A stretch of DNA of 64,000 nt from the NCBI RefSeq assembly GCF_964355755.1, contig NC_092672.1, positions 13,578,001-13,642,000 of the forward strand, written 5' to 3'. Positions 49,632-60,863 of this stretch are shown piece after piece (position 1 is the first letter of the stretch; each line of letters opens with the position of its first letter). Below the pieces are notes generated by a model that saw only the letters and a program-made list of their open reading frames with translations, made no database searches and was not told the origin of the DNA. This DNA comes from Antedon mediterranea (lineage: Eukaryota > Animalia > Echinodermata). The translations under genes were made by a program, and so were the position numbers.

Positions 49632-51950
49632 TCTTGGAGTACACTAGGAAAGATGAATAGAAATTTAAATTCCGAGTATGGTAAAGATTATATAGAGACA
49701 GTCAATTTCGTTAATAACCTTAAAATAAATAATGACTGTAGGCAAAATGTTGAGGATAGCACTAAATCAATAGTTGACATTAAACTCACATTAGATATAG
49801 TTAAATCTGCTATCTACCAATAAAAAACAACAAATCTGCTGGTTCTGACAATATATCTAACGAATTACTTAAAAACGGTGGGACGATTTTAAATAGATTA
49901 ATGTTATCACTATTCAAAAAAATTGTTAGTCTTGAAAAAGTACCGTCGGAATGGAATAGTAGCATTGTTGTACCAATATATAAAAAGGGTGATAGAAGGG
50001 ACCTAAATAACTTTAGAGGAATATCTTTAACATCTTGCGTTTCTAAAATATTCAATAGAGTTGTACATTACACAGTTTCCGACTTCTTAGAAGAAAACAA
50101 TACCCTTTCAGAAGTTCAGGGAGGGTTTAGACCCCACCGAAGATGTGAAGACCACATTTTCACTCTTAAAAACATTGCTAGTTGCCGACTTGCGGAAGGC
50201 AAGAAGACTTACTTAGCATTCCCTGACATTAAAAAAGCATTTGATAGCGTATGGAGAGATGGATTGCTAATGGCAATATGGAATATTGGAATTCGTGGTA
50301 GATTATGGAATATTATAAGTAGCTTGTACGACAATGTTAAGGGGCAAGTAAGATTTGGTGACATTGAAACACAGTCTTTTGATATAGAAGAAGGTGTTAA
50401 GCAAGGGTGTGTCCTTTCCCCAACCCTGTTTTGCATAATAATGAACGAACTCACTAAATTATTACAAGAACACGCGTTGGGTGTGCGCATACACGATATC
50501 TGCCTTGGTAGCCTTTTTTGGGCCGACGATATCGTACTTTTAGCAGATAGCGAAAAAGAACTCAATAAAATGTTAGATTTAGTATCCTTATTTGCTAAAA
50601 AATGGAAATTTAATTTTAATAGTGAAAAGTCAAATGTTTTGATAATAGGCCAGAATCTGAATAGCGAAAAACATTGGAAATTGGGGGATACTTTTATATC
50701 TGAAGTTGAAACATATAAGTATCTTGGTGTATACATTTCTAGAAATCTAAAAGACAATTTCCACATCAATCAAGTTATTAAAAAGGGCAATAGGATCATT
50801 GCGTACATTAAATCTATTATAGATAGACTCAACAATTTTGATGATCGTGTTGTATATGGAGATATCCTTTGGAGAAGTATCGGCCTTCCGACTATTAACT
50901 ATGCTTGTGCTGTATGTGTCAATACAAATACTAAAGACATACAAAGGATTTAGTCTCTTCAATTACAAATGGCGCGAACAATTCTTAAAGCGAGTAGAAG
51001 CACTGCAAAAGAGGCACTTTATGGCGATCTAGGTTGGCAACCAATTAAAGTAACTCAGGATATTTTTAAAGCAAAATATATAAGAAATGTTATGTGTATG
51101 GAAATGTATCGTTGGCCAAAACTTATATTAAACACAATTATTAGACATAAGAATTTTAATTCAAGGTACCAATTTATTAATGAATTTGAAAAAACTTGTG
51201 ATTATATTAAGTTCGATTTCAATGCCATTCTTAATGATATATGTACAGGTACTGATATTGATATAAACTGGGTCAAGCCATTTGAAAATACAATTAAACA
51301 ATCGTATTCTACTTTTTGGAAACAAGAAGTATTAAGAAAATCATCTTTGCTTGATTACTCTTTGATAAAAGAGTCACCTAGCCTAGAACCTTACCTACTG
51401 GATAAAACAGATTTTTATGGCTCAAGTTTAAAATTTAAACTTCGTTCAAACACTTTATCACTTGGAAAAATTACAAATAAGTGGAACATTGATAATCTAA
51501 ATGACAAGTGTAAGGTTTGTGGGTCAGGTGAAGAAGATGTTAAACATTTCCTGTTTATTTGTAATAAGTTAGTACATTGTATTAGAATGGAAGAATTACA
51601 AACACTTCAACATTTATGCTGTATTTGACAGTTATTGTAAAATGTACACAAGCCGTGCTTGGAAATTAAGAAATGCAATTGTATTACAACTTTGAACTGT
51701 TTTATTTTTAAAAAAGTGTTTTCTTTTCCATTGCTGTTGCAAAATTAGTAGTTGTATATTAGTGTAGTTTTAGTTTGTAAATAAGTTTTGTAATAGCGTC
51801 GAGTCAAATTTTATGTCATTATCTCAAATATGTTTTATTTTCGTTTCAGTTTTTATTTTTCATTGTTTTTGTATTGAATTTTGTAATTGGTATGGACGCA
51901 CCATCTACGCATGTGTGCCACTGTTAAAAAAGTGTTGTTCCAAATAAATA
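49632..51950 (+). mobile_element. 5'-truncated LINE (RT plus C-terminal CCHC; Daphne/L2 or RTE-X-like)
   Basis: IVVPIYKKGD, NFRGISL, QGGFR, DIKKAFDSVWRDGL, KQGCVLSPTLF, WADD, YKYLG; stop at 50951-53; CKVC...EDVKHFLFIC. Confidence 0.9.
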
Positions 51951-51956
51951 TTATTA

Positions 51957-52658
51957 TTATATTATATCCACGTAGACGTCCAAAAAAGCCAGAAGAAAGC
52001 AATTAGAACACTTCTTTTCCGAGCAGTCTCGGACCAGATGACCAACGATCCCACACCTCAGGCACGTTTTAGGCTGTCCATAATATCGCACCCAACAGTA
52101 CCTTGATCCGATGCGAATCTGTGACGGGATGTCACAAGTCAATTCCATCCTATACTGGCGATTTCCATTTAAAATCGTAGGCTGATCACTATAAAAAAGC
52201 CGTCGCGATTCCGTGACTTCGCCATATCGGGATAACATGTGTTTAACGACACCATCATCCACCTCACATTCGATTGTCACAACGACCCGATTGTCGTAAA
52301 ACTTTAACACTGGCCTGTTTGGTAAGTCGGCTAGGGCGGCAGCAGCCCGTCTAGCTGTAGAAGCGCTCTTCCATGTCACATCAAACGAACCATTCGACAA
52401 TCTTTGCACAGCAGCCACATCTTCCAAGTTGAGTTTAGCCAACTTCAGATCATCGAAAACTCTTTTCACAACAACGGCCTTATCTCCGTAGTCGAGATTG
52501 ACCGACGAGGGCCTCCGCATTGTAAGGAGGAACTCTCAGTCAGAAATAAAACGAGAAACTCTTACTTCGTAATATATGAAATGTATATCCACGTTGACGT
52601 CCAAAAAAGCCGGAAACAGGAAACACAATGTCCACTTTAACTCAGCAAAACCGCTTAA
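51957..52658 (-). mobile_element. 5' end of Tx1-clade (Keno-type) LINE: 5' UTR and truncated zinc-knuckle ORF1
   Basis: FDVTW, NGNR, IPSQIRIG, YYGQPKTCLRCGIVGHLVRDC; begins directly after U2 nt 41; cut in the second knuckle at about 52000. Confidence 0.88.
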
Positions 52659-52699
52659 AGATACTACACATGATCTTAGCCAAAAGGCCGAGAAGCGAT
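52659..52699 (-). ncRNA. U2: U2 snRNA 5' fragment (nt 1-41)
   Basis: Minus strand ATCGCTTCTCGGCCTTTTGGCTAAGATCATGTGTAGTATCT, one mismatch to the canonical U2 5' end. Confidence 0.96.
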
Positions 52700-52875
52700 A
52701 ACAATTAAACGAATCTCAACTAGTACCAACAAATGACGACTTGCTGTCGAATCAGTGTGATACATATAATGTAGCCAATGCATACATTCGACCGATGTGT
52801 TTAGCCATACCGTTTAAAATGTAAACGTTTTTACAGAGATTATAGAATAATATAATTAATTTGTAATAACTGTCA

Positions 52876-52930
52876 AACGTAACACGTCATCAGTTTTGTT
52901 TTTTAAACAAAACTGATGACGTGTTACGTT
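52876..52930. promoter_or_regulatory. Perfect 26-bp-arm palindrome upstream of U2
   Basis: aacgtaacacgtcatcagttttgttt TTT aaacaaaactgatgacgtgttacgtt, at -177 to -231 from U2 +1; each arm holds TGACGT. The structure is certain; a regulatory role is inferred. Confidence 0.6.
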
Positions 52931-53317
52931 CGATGGTCGTAAAACACAGTTAACGTTATAGAACACTTACGCTACGTTGTCAATTTACATAACAATACAG
53001 AGTACACATACAGTGACGTAAGTAGCGTAAGGTTTATCGCGTTGGACCGTAAAACAAAGACGAAACAGTAAAATATACGTTTCATGGCTATAAATTACGT
53101 CATTAAGAAAAATTGAAAATACGCCCATTCGTTTCTCTGTGCATTTTAATAATTAAACAATCAACTGAAATTACAGTAACATTTTATTCAGAAAAAATAA
53201 ATAATTATTTCTCTATTGAAAAAGTATGACGTAACAACATGTAACCTGTTACGTAAATACAGAAGACTTACAATAAACCGTGTGACAGATTCTATTTTTT
53301 TTAAATTATCTTGATAG

Positions 53318-53471
53318 GTTGGGCCAATCCTGGATGTACTGCAATACCAGGTCAACCCGTGGCCAGGATGGAGCAAGCTCCTATTCCATGGCCTGAATTC
53401 AAAAATCAGTTTAATATAGAAGCTACTAGATGAGCAGCGTTTCAGATATTAAGCTGAAAAGAACAGATACT
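53318..53471 (-). ncRNA. U2: U2 snRNA 3' fragment (nt 35 to end)
   Basis: AGTATCTGTTCTTTTCAGCTTAATATCTGAAACG..., Sm site ATTTTTG, GGAGCTTGCTCC stem III, CCTGGTATTGCAGTACATCCAGG stem IV. Confidence 0.95.
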
Positions 53472-55230
53472 CCTTTTTGATTTAGAGCGAACGCAAACAA
53501 GGATAAACTAACTCAGAACATAACCACTAAGCGTTCAACCCCAGGCAGGCTGCCGACGGCAGACCGGAATACGTGAGGGTACGATCCTCCCTGCCTCTAA
53601 AAACTAAACACTGAACAAAAACGAGATGCGAGAAAACAGACACCGCAGTAAATCGACTTAATTTACAACTTAAAAACCAAACTCGAGATTAATACGATTT
53701 TTTAGAACTTTCTTGACTATGAGAATAAGACCTTCTTCCGAAACAAATTCATTGTGGAACAAGGCCTGACATCTAGCCTCCCAAATAACAAACTTAATCT
53801 CAGAAATAAAAAACACAGCCAATTCATAAAAAAGCTGCTCGGACGCATTAAAAGAAAAAAATATCAAGTGGTTCTCAGACACTGAAACATCCAACCCGTG
53901 GAAGCGACTAAGCACTTCCATCCCCCACTGCCAAACTAAAGCGAGATGCGAGCAGTCCATAAGACAGTGACGGATTGATTCAGTAACACCACACCAAGGA
54001 CAGTCAAAACGCTTGACCGACATTCTGCGATGTTTCAAAACTTCTCCAACCGGGAGACAATTATGCACCGCTTTCCATCCTACTTCTCTACTACAGTTAA
54101 GGATTCTACTAACCCATAGAGCCTTAAAAGCCAAATCCCAATCCTGGGCCGGACGTGAACGCACACACGAAGCCACATGACTGATCCCCTCTAATCTAGC
54201 ATTAAAAACCTCTTTACTCGATACCTGATGCCAAGCAACTTGTTTCTTGCATAGGAGCCAATAATCTTGACACAATTTCCCCAGATGGACATATACCATC
54301 GGAGGTTCCATATCATGGGGACGGTTGTTATCCCACACCAAAATCCCAAGTCGATGAAGAACCCGACCTAACCATAAGGCACCAAAGAAAGACCATTCCA
54401 CCCCTTTGCACACCTGTGACATGGAAGAAATTAGAATACTTTCACATTTCGCCACCGGATCTAACAGACCCAAGCCACCTTTACTTTTCGGCAAAAATAA
54501 AGTCTTCCGTGAAACCATTTCTCTACCACCCTTCCACACGAAGGAGAACATGCACTTATATATACGCTTGACCAAAGCCATAGGAGCAACGTAAACGGGA
54601 GCTACATACAACACAATAGGTAACGCTAAAGAATTCAAAATCAGGATTCTACCCATTACAGACATTTTCCTATTTTTCCATTTTTCAACTGTTGTTTCGA
54701 ACCGCCCTACAACTTTCTCCCACGTAGCCAGGCCGGGATCTTGAGCCCCAAACTCTACCCCGCAAACTGTTAAAGAATTCACAGACCACGGGACTGACTC
54801 CACCCCAGGAAGTCGAGATAACCCGCGCCACACACCCCATAACAGACCACATGTTTTCGAAAGATTAAATCGGGAACCAGAGACTCCCTCAAATGCCGTT
54901 AATAATTTTAGTAAAGAGATAACAGAGGAACGAGACGAATTAATACATGTGAGGTCATCTGCGTATTGGATGAACTTGCATGCTTTCCACCCGCTTCCGG
55001 GGAGCGTTACTCTTTGAATGCACTCGGAACTTTGAATCCTGCACGCCAATGTTTCCATGTTTAAAACATACAACAAAGGAGACAGCGGGCAACCTTGCCT
55101 CACCCCCCGAGTTAACGGAAATGAACGAGAGACAAAACCATTAACCATCGCACCACTAAATAGGTTGCAGTACAAAACACGCAGCCATTGAAGAAACTTC
55201 ATGCCAAACCCCATCCTTCTCAACACTTAC
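53472..55230 (-). mobile_element. 3' part of Tx1-clade (Keno-type) LINE: ORF2 RT and zinc finger plus 3' UTR
   Basis: 518-aa open frame 55226-53670 with RGVRQGCPLSPLLY, QYADD, KGGLGL, CPWCGVTESIRHCLMDC; the 3' end abuts U2 nt 35. Confidence 0.93.
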
Positions 55231-55529
55231 AGCAGCATGCATATGTAGATACAGTACACCTATATATTGTGAGAACATAATTTCAATAATTTCTTTGTTA
55301 GTTATCAACCTAGGGGTTAAATTATTTGGAAAACATTGGTTTATTTTTTATGTGTACAGAAATTCGTTCTTCTAGCCTCAGATCATTCCTGAAGTTAGAC
55401 ATAAATCACATAAATTAGTATTAAGTAATGGATATTAGATGAAGTACAGTACAAATACATGTTTCAGGAGGATTTAATATCATGAGTCACATAATGTATA
55501 AGAAACAGAGCTCAAATACTTCAATAAAT

Positions 55530-56180
55530 GATTGCTCCAAAAAAATGCACGACCATAAAAATGTGAGTTTTAGGAATTATACAGGTTTAGTGAAGAACGT
55601 TGTTTAAATGATGTAATTATTAACAATATTATAAATAGCATTGATGACCGTAGTAATACAAATATTGCATGGATTAGTTGGCGTAATGAATTCATAGAAA
55701 TCTGTAATACCCATACCCCAATCAAATCATGCAGAGTTAAACACCCACACAGATGTTCACCCTGGACAACCCCTGTAATTCAGAAATCAATGTAGGCCTC
55801 TAACGAGATTATGTCAAATAAAAAATTAAACTGGTAAATCCGGACCTAAAAAATTAATATAAGCATCTACAAAATGTCTTTACAAATACTATTAGCAAGG
55901 CAAAGCATGTATATCACGATACAGTTCGTCTTAACTATAAAAATAATCATAAGAAATTATGGAATGAGAGAAATCAAGTAACTGGAATGGGTAAAAAGAA
56001 TTTGACGGTAGTAATACAAATATTGCATGGATTAGTTGGCGTAATGAATTCATAAAAATCTGTAATACCCATACCCCAATCAAATCATGCAGAGGTAAAC
56101 ACACACACAGATGTTCACCCTGGACAACCCCTGTTATTCAGAAATCAATGTACAAACGAGATTATGTCAAATAAAAAACT
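55530..56180 (+). mobile_element. Degraded CR1/L2-type LINE fragment with internal duplication
   Basis: 55645-55830 repeated at 56004-56180; residual ICNTHTPIK...PWTTP peptide typical of the EN-RT linker. Confidence 0.55.
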
Positions 56181-56229
56181 GTAATGGGTAAGAAGAATTT
56201 GAATACAGTAGTACAATTAATGTTGACAA

Positions 56230-59184
56230 ATGCAATAAATATTTAACTGATATAGGAACAAACATGGGCGATTCTGCGGTAATAGGAATGGTGGGTACAT
56301 AAGAAGAGGTGGACGCCATCTTGGCCTTTTTGGGTTGTGATGAGTTGTCTTCGTACTCCACCTCGGTTACATTTAGTTGGTGAAGTATACCTTTGGCGTC
56401 AGCATTCAGAGCATTAAATGATGTTTTGCTGAAGCGTTTGGATGTGCCTGTATGCTTCAGCTCGCCGAAGCCTAATGCAGCAACTTGTTCCAAGAAGATG
56501 ATTGCATTCAATGTCGAATAAATTGTCCTAGGCCTTTTCTTACTAGGTGTATCCTCTTCGTCGTTAAGTTCCTGTGCAGAGTGTTTTGCTGGTGGAATGA
56601 GATGCTGGCCAGCTATCCATGATGCTGTGTACTGTGTTTCAGGACAAAGCTTTGTGAGTAGTTTCGCCAGTTTGCCTGGATATTTATTGACAATGTTTCT
56701 AAAGATATTGTCCTGCATATTCCTCTCTATGGAATTTGTAGTAGGGGTTGGCATAATAGCAAATTTCTTTGCCATGCAGTATTCAACTGTTGCTATGGCA
56801 TGTTTCATGGTTTGGTCAGTGATTGTTGTCAGGTTAGTAAAAGCCTTCCCGGTGCTTGTTTGGGTTAATTGGCTTACCCATAGGCGTTCAGGCATGGGTG
56901 TCTGTTTCGTCGGGCGTTGACCATGCATTGAAGATGGCTTGATAAACCATGGCGAGGCGCGCAACTTGCCCTTGAGCTTTAGCCAGAACTCCCTTATGGT
57001 CATCTGCCATTGTCATCTACAGGTTTAACAAAATATAAATGTTATTGAAAAATGTATTTTCAAACACCATGGGTACAGTATAGTGTGAGGAAACGAGAGG
57101 CTGAAGCTTTTTGAATGCTGTACATTAACTTGTGTTGTTGAAAGTTAGAGTATTGCAACATAGAGTGAAGGTAATCTAATTGTAGGTTATATATGCATGA
57201 TTTTCCTTGACTATAATCGCATGTTATGTTAGGCAAACAAAATATATTGAAAATATTAAGGTCGTAATCATAACTAAATGTACACTGAAAATAACTGAAA
57301 ATGGACAATGTTCTTAGGATGTTATTAGTTGTTGGTAAATAAGAAGCACTTACAATGCTGTTGACAGATTGCCAAAAGGGTTAAAACTTGGCGTCTTTGA
57401 ACAAATTATAAATACTGTATATAATTTTTTATGAAATACACGAGAATTGTTTTCATTACAGTATAGATGAAAAAAAGAGATTTTGACTTACCTCTTCCAT
57501 TCTTCTCTCAATGTCATTGTAGAATGATGCAAATCTGTCAGTTGCCTCATTGTTGAAGGTGTACAGATGATGTTCTGCCCTTATTTTCACCAAGATTTCT
57601 CCCAAGGTGGTGGTGTTGGCGGGTGGGGGAACCATGTCCTCAAAAAGTACTGGTTGACGTTTAATGCATAAGATGGCCAAATGACGGTCATTGAATCCGT
57701 CAAAATCAATTTGATGCAACAATTTTAATTGCAATTGTGGGTTGCATATATCCTGAAACAAAAATTCCAAAATGATTAATGTTATTGTAATGTGTATAAA
57801 TATGTGGTTTGAAGATGTTTCTATATAGTTGATGGTAGTTGTTGTTATAACTCAAACAGACTGTAGTATTTCCAATATGCTTGCATTCACCTGTTGCACG
57901 CTATAGGAGTTATCAGTTGGATTTTTCCAAAATAATAAGTCTGGCTTTAATTAATGACACCTAATTTTGGAATAGTATGTGTGTTATTCAAATATGTAGT
58001 TAGTAGTTGTCGGGTTCCTTCTAAGGTATGTATGTTGTTACGAGCAAAATGTACACTGTACCTGTATAGTTGAAGAGTGTTTTTGGCATGGCTTGATGGC
58101 CACTATTCTGTGATGCACGAGACCAACCATCTCCGCCATTGAGTGACAACATAATTTTCCGATCTGACTGGTTGCTACCACTGTGTTCAAGCTGCTCATA
58201 TAATGATGCAATTTCGTCATAGAGAAGTAAAGCCTCTCCTCGGTTGTTTTTCATCTGCAATGTAATTTTTCAAAAATTTAAAGAAATCTATAAACTATAC
58301 ACGTTCAAGTTTCTGCTAATGCTATCCAAATACAACTATGTATTTCAATTGAAGTTAGAATGTATGAGAGGAACTCATATTGGAAAATATAAGACACATA
58401 ATCTTTGATATCATTAGTGGACATGTTGTAGAGTAAATATGTCTTGTATTCTGTACTGACTGAACAATCAATGAAGTGGGTAATTTTGCTGTTCATGTTG
58501 TGTGTATGAAACCACATTGTATTCAAATAAATGAAGAATACTAATTCTAATGACAGTTAAGGGCATGGAGAGATATTTATGTGCACAAGATGATCATGGC
58601 TTGAATTTTGAGCCAGGCAATGAATTATTGTACGACATGTATTAATGGTACAGTAGGCAAATGGCATGTGGTACTATATGCCATTATTTATGTGGCAACC
58701 TCAGGGGAGAGTGTGTATACTAATTTGGTGAATTTTTGTTGTACCAACATTAGGAACTTATACCTTGTATTGAACATGTACAAACTGTATAGTGTATGAT
58801 TCAAAGTCATTTTAGTAGCTTACGTGGTAAGTTACAACTGCAATTTATGGTTATAGAATTAAATATAAATTATGAAATAATTGAAATGCCCATCACTTTG
58901 GTGGGTAATTATTTTACGTTGAGTTGTACCAGCACATCAAATTTGGTTGTTTAGGGAACTATGAAATATGTTTTGGAACAGTACTTACTACTGTACTTGG
59001 TGCAATTTGTGGAATGTGAATTGAGTGTTTGTCATGAACAGAACTGGCTTCTCTTTTTGCTGACTGTTGGTTGTGTCATCTAGCATGTCATCAGGATTAT
59101 CTTGAGTGTTGTTATTTTTTTCGTTGTTGTGGACAACGTTTAGACCTTGGACAAGCAGACGCAAGGCTGCTGACTTTTTCTCCC
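56230..59184 (-). pseudogene. Spliced DUF3987/YfjI-like P-loop ATPase (putative helicase)
   Basis: Exons 59184-58997 (GEKKSAAL, Walker A), 58254-58062 (ALLLYDEI, Walker B; LSLNGGDGWSR), 57752-57492 (GYMQP, DGFNDRHL, YTFNNEA), 57016 onward (KAQGQVARLAMV; TMKHAIATVEY); phases compatible; frameshifts near 57722 and 56900. Confidence 0.75.
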
Positions 59185-59699
59185 CTGTAAAGTGGTAATG
59201 GTTATTGGTATGTAATTTTAAAGTAAACCCTTTTTTATTTAAATAGTGAATAACTAATTCTAAGATATACTAAGGATATTATCAGGTTCTGCAGCAAATC
59301 AGTTGTGGCCCTAAACTCAATTGAAAAACATTCACCTGCTACGGCAGTGGTCATGGTGAGTGAGCAGAATAATTAATCCGGATGTTATCTGTGATTGATA
59401 ATTTATCCAGATATTTAAATAAATTTTTGGAAAAAAATGTGTGATGTCGTGATAAATATAACAGACATGGTAACTATATTTGGGCATGTCCAATGTTGGC
59501 AACAAATGAAATTTGATAGTGTGGACTAGCTTACAAATTAATTTAGTGCATCTACGAACGTTTTGGGGGCTTTTTACAACTGTATGTAGTGACGTCATCA
59601 TAAATAGCGCCCTCTATCGACCGTAGGTGGCGCACTTTATCGTAGAGGGCGCTGTTCATATAGAGGGCGTACTTCACATAGTATTGTTTTTAAGCTGTA

Positions 59700-59806
59700 G
59701 TAGGCCTATATCTTAGTATTTGTAATCTTAGGTGTTGGGTCTTAGCTTTCGTGATCTTAGGTCTTAGGGGGTCTGAGCTTTCGTGGTCTGAGCTTTCGTG
59801 ACACCC
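59700..59806 (-). mobile_element. GG-ended transposon terminus with CACGAAAGCT(C/A)AGACC / CCTAAGA tandem repeats
   Basis: Reverse complement from 59806: GGGTGTCACGAAAGCTCAGACCACGAAAGCTCAGACCCCCTAAGACCTAAGATCACGAAAGCTAAGACC; it truncates the adjacent Myb/SANT ORF and faces the DUF3987 gene. Confidence 0.65.
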
Positions 59807-59809
59807 GGG

Positions 59810-60180
59810 TTGTCAGGCATACCAACCAGCCGATCGTTTTGGGGTTTGGGTTTATATTTGGTCTAGGCCTAAAATATCATTTATGGCAGAAAAATGTTCA
59901 AATCCCGTACTTGCACCGGCTCCAGACTTATTTTACTCGGTCTTTCGCCGCTTTATACGACGACCCCTTCAATTTCATTTGGATATAATTTAAATCCTTC
60001 TTTATTATGAGGATGGCCCATCTGCTAACGTGTCCGCCATCTCGTTGAACACAGACATCTTGTTGCCGGTGCTTTTACGCCAGTTTTTCACTTCCAACCG
60101 ATCTCTAAACTCAGGGCTTCCCCACAATGAAATAAGGTATTTTACTTCGGTTTCTCGCCAATGCGCACGCTTCGATGACA
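59810..60180 (-). pseudogene. Myb/SANT-like (trihelix) DNA-binding ORF remnant, Harbinger-type
   Basis: MSSKRAHWRETEVKYLISLWG...VFNEMADTL...IQMKLK..YKAAKD...SGAG...FSAINDILG, with stops. Confidence 0.7.
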
Positions 60181-60863
60181 TTTTAAATTAATTAATATAA
60201 TAATATTAATAATAATAATACTGTATACCTAGTGTAACAACAAACAAAAGGTATGATTTTTTCGCACGTTCACCGATCACAACAAATGGATCAGCTTGGC
60301 TATACGATGAGGAGCACATGTCACGATGTGATGTAGCGATATTGTAATTTGATTGGCTAGATATCTAGCCTAGGTCATATTCATCGATGCGTGACTTTCG
60401 TATTGTAAGCGACGTCCACTGAACTCATACCTTGAGCTTTCGTAGCGTACGAAATATCAGTGTCGTACGAGGTGGCTTCCACTAATCTTTTCCTGGTTCA
60501 GACCTATGGACTTGTACCCCGCGTACAATACGAAAGCATAACTCCGTAGGTCTGAACAGGAAGTTGTAACTTCATTTATTCATTAAACAGATGATTGCAT
60601 TTAACACATTTATGCTTCATACACAATAACCCAACACTGAAAAATATCACATCTCCAAATTGCAGTGCATATTATAAGGGAAAACAAATAATATAAGGTT
60701 GTTTATAAATGTTGAAGAAATAGCAAAGATCAGGGAACGGAAACTGTAAATTAATTAAGTAGCATTGTATTGCATTGAAATAAGATTGCATTACTAAGGA
60801 CAAATGCACTTGGTCCGAATTGTTCTCAATAATAGCATAATGAAACAATCCAATAACTCTGAT

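Noticed and set aside
52905-52950. Second hammerhead (CTGATGA)
   Set aside because: No stem II plus GAAA or cleavage triplet; it is just one arm of the palindrome.
60490-60562. Imperfect inverted repeat (ttcagacctatgga / tccgtaggtctgaa)
   Set aside because: Real but short; no TSD or family evidence, so left unclassified.
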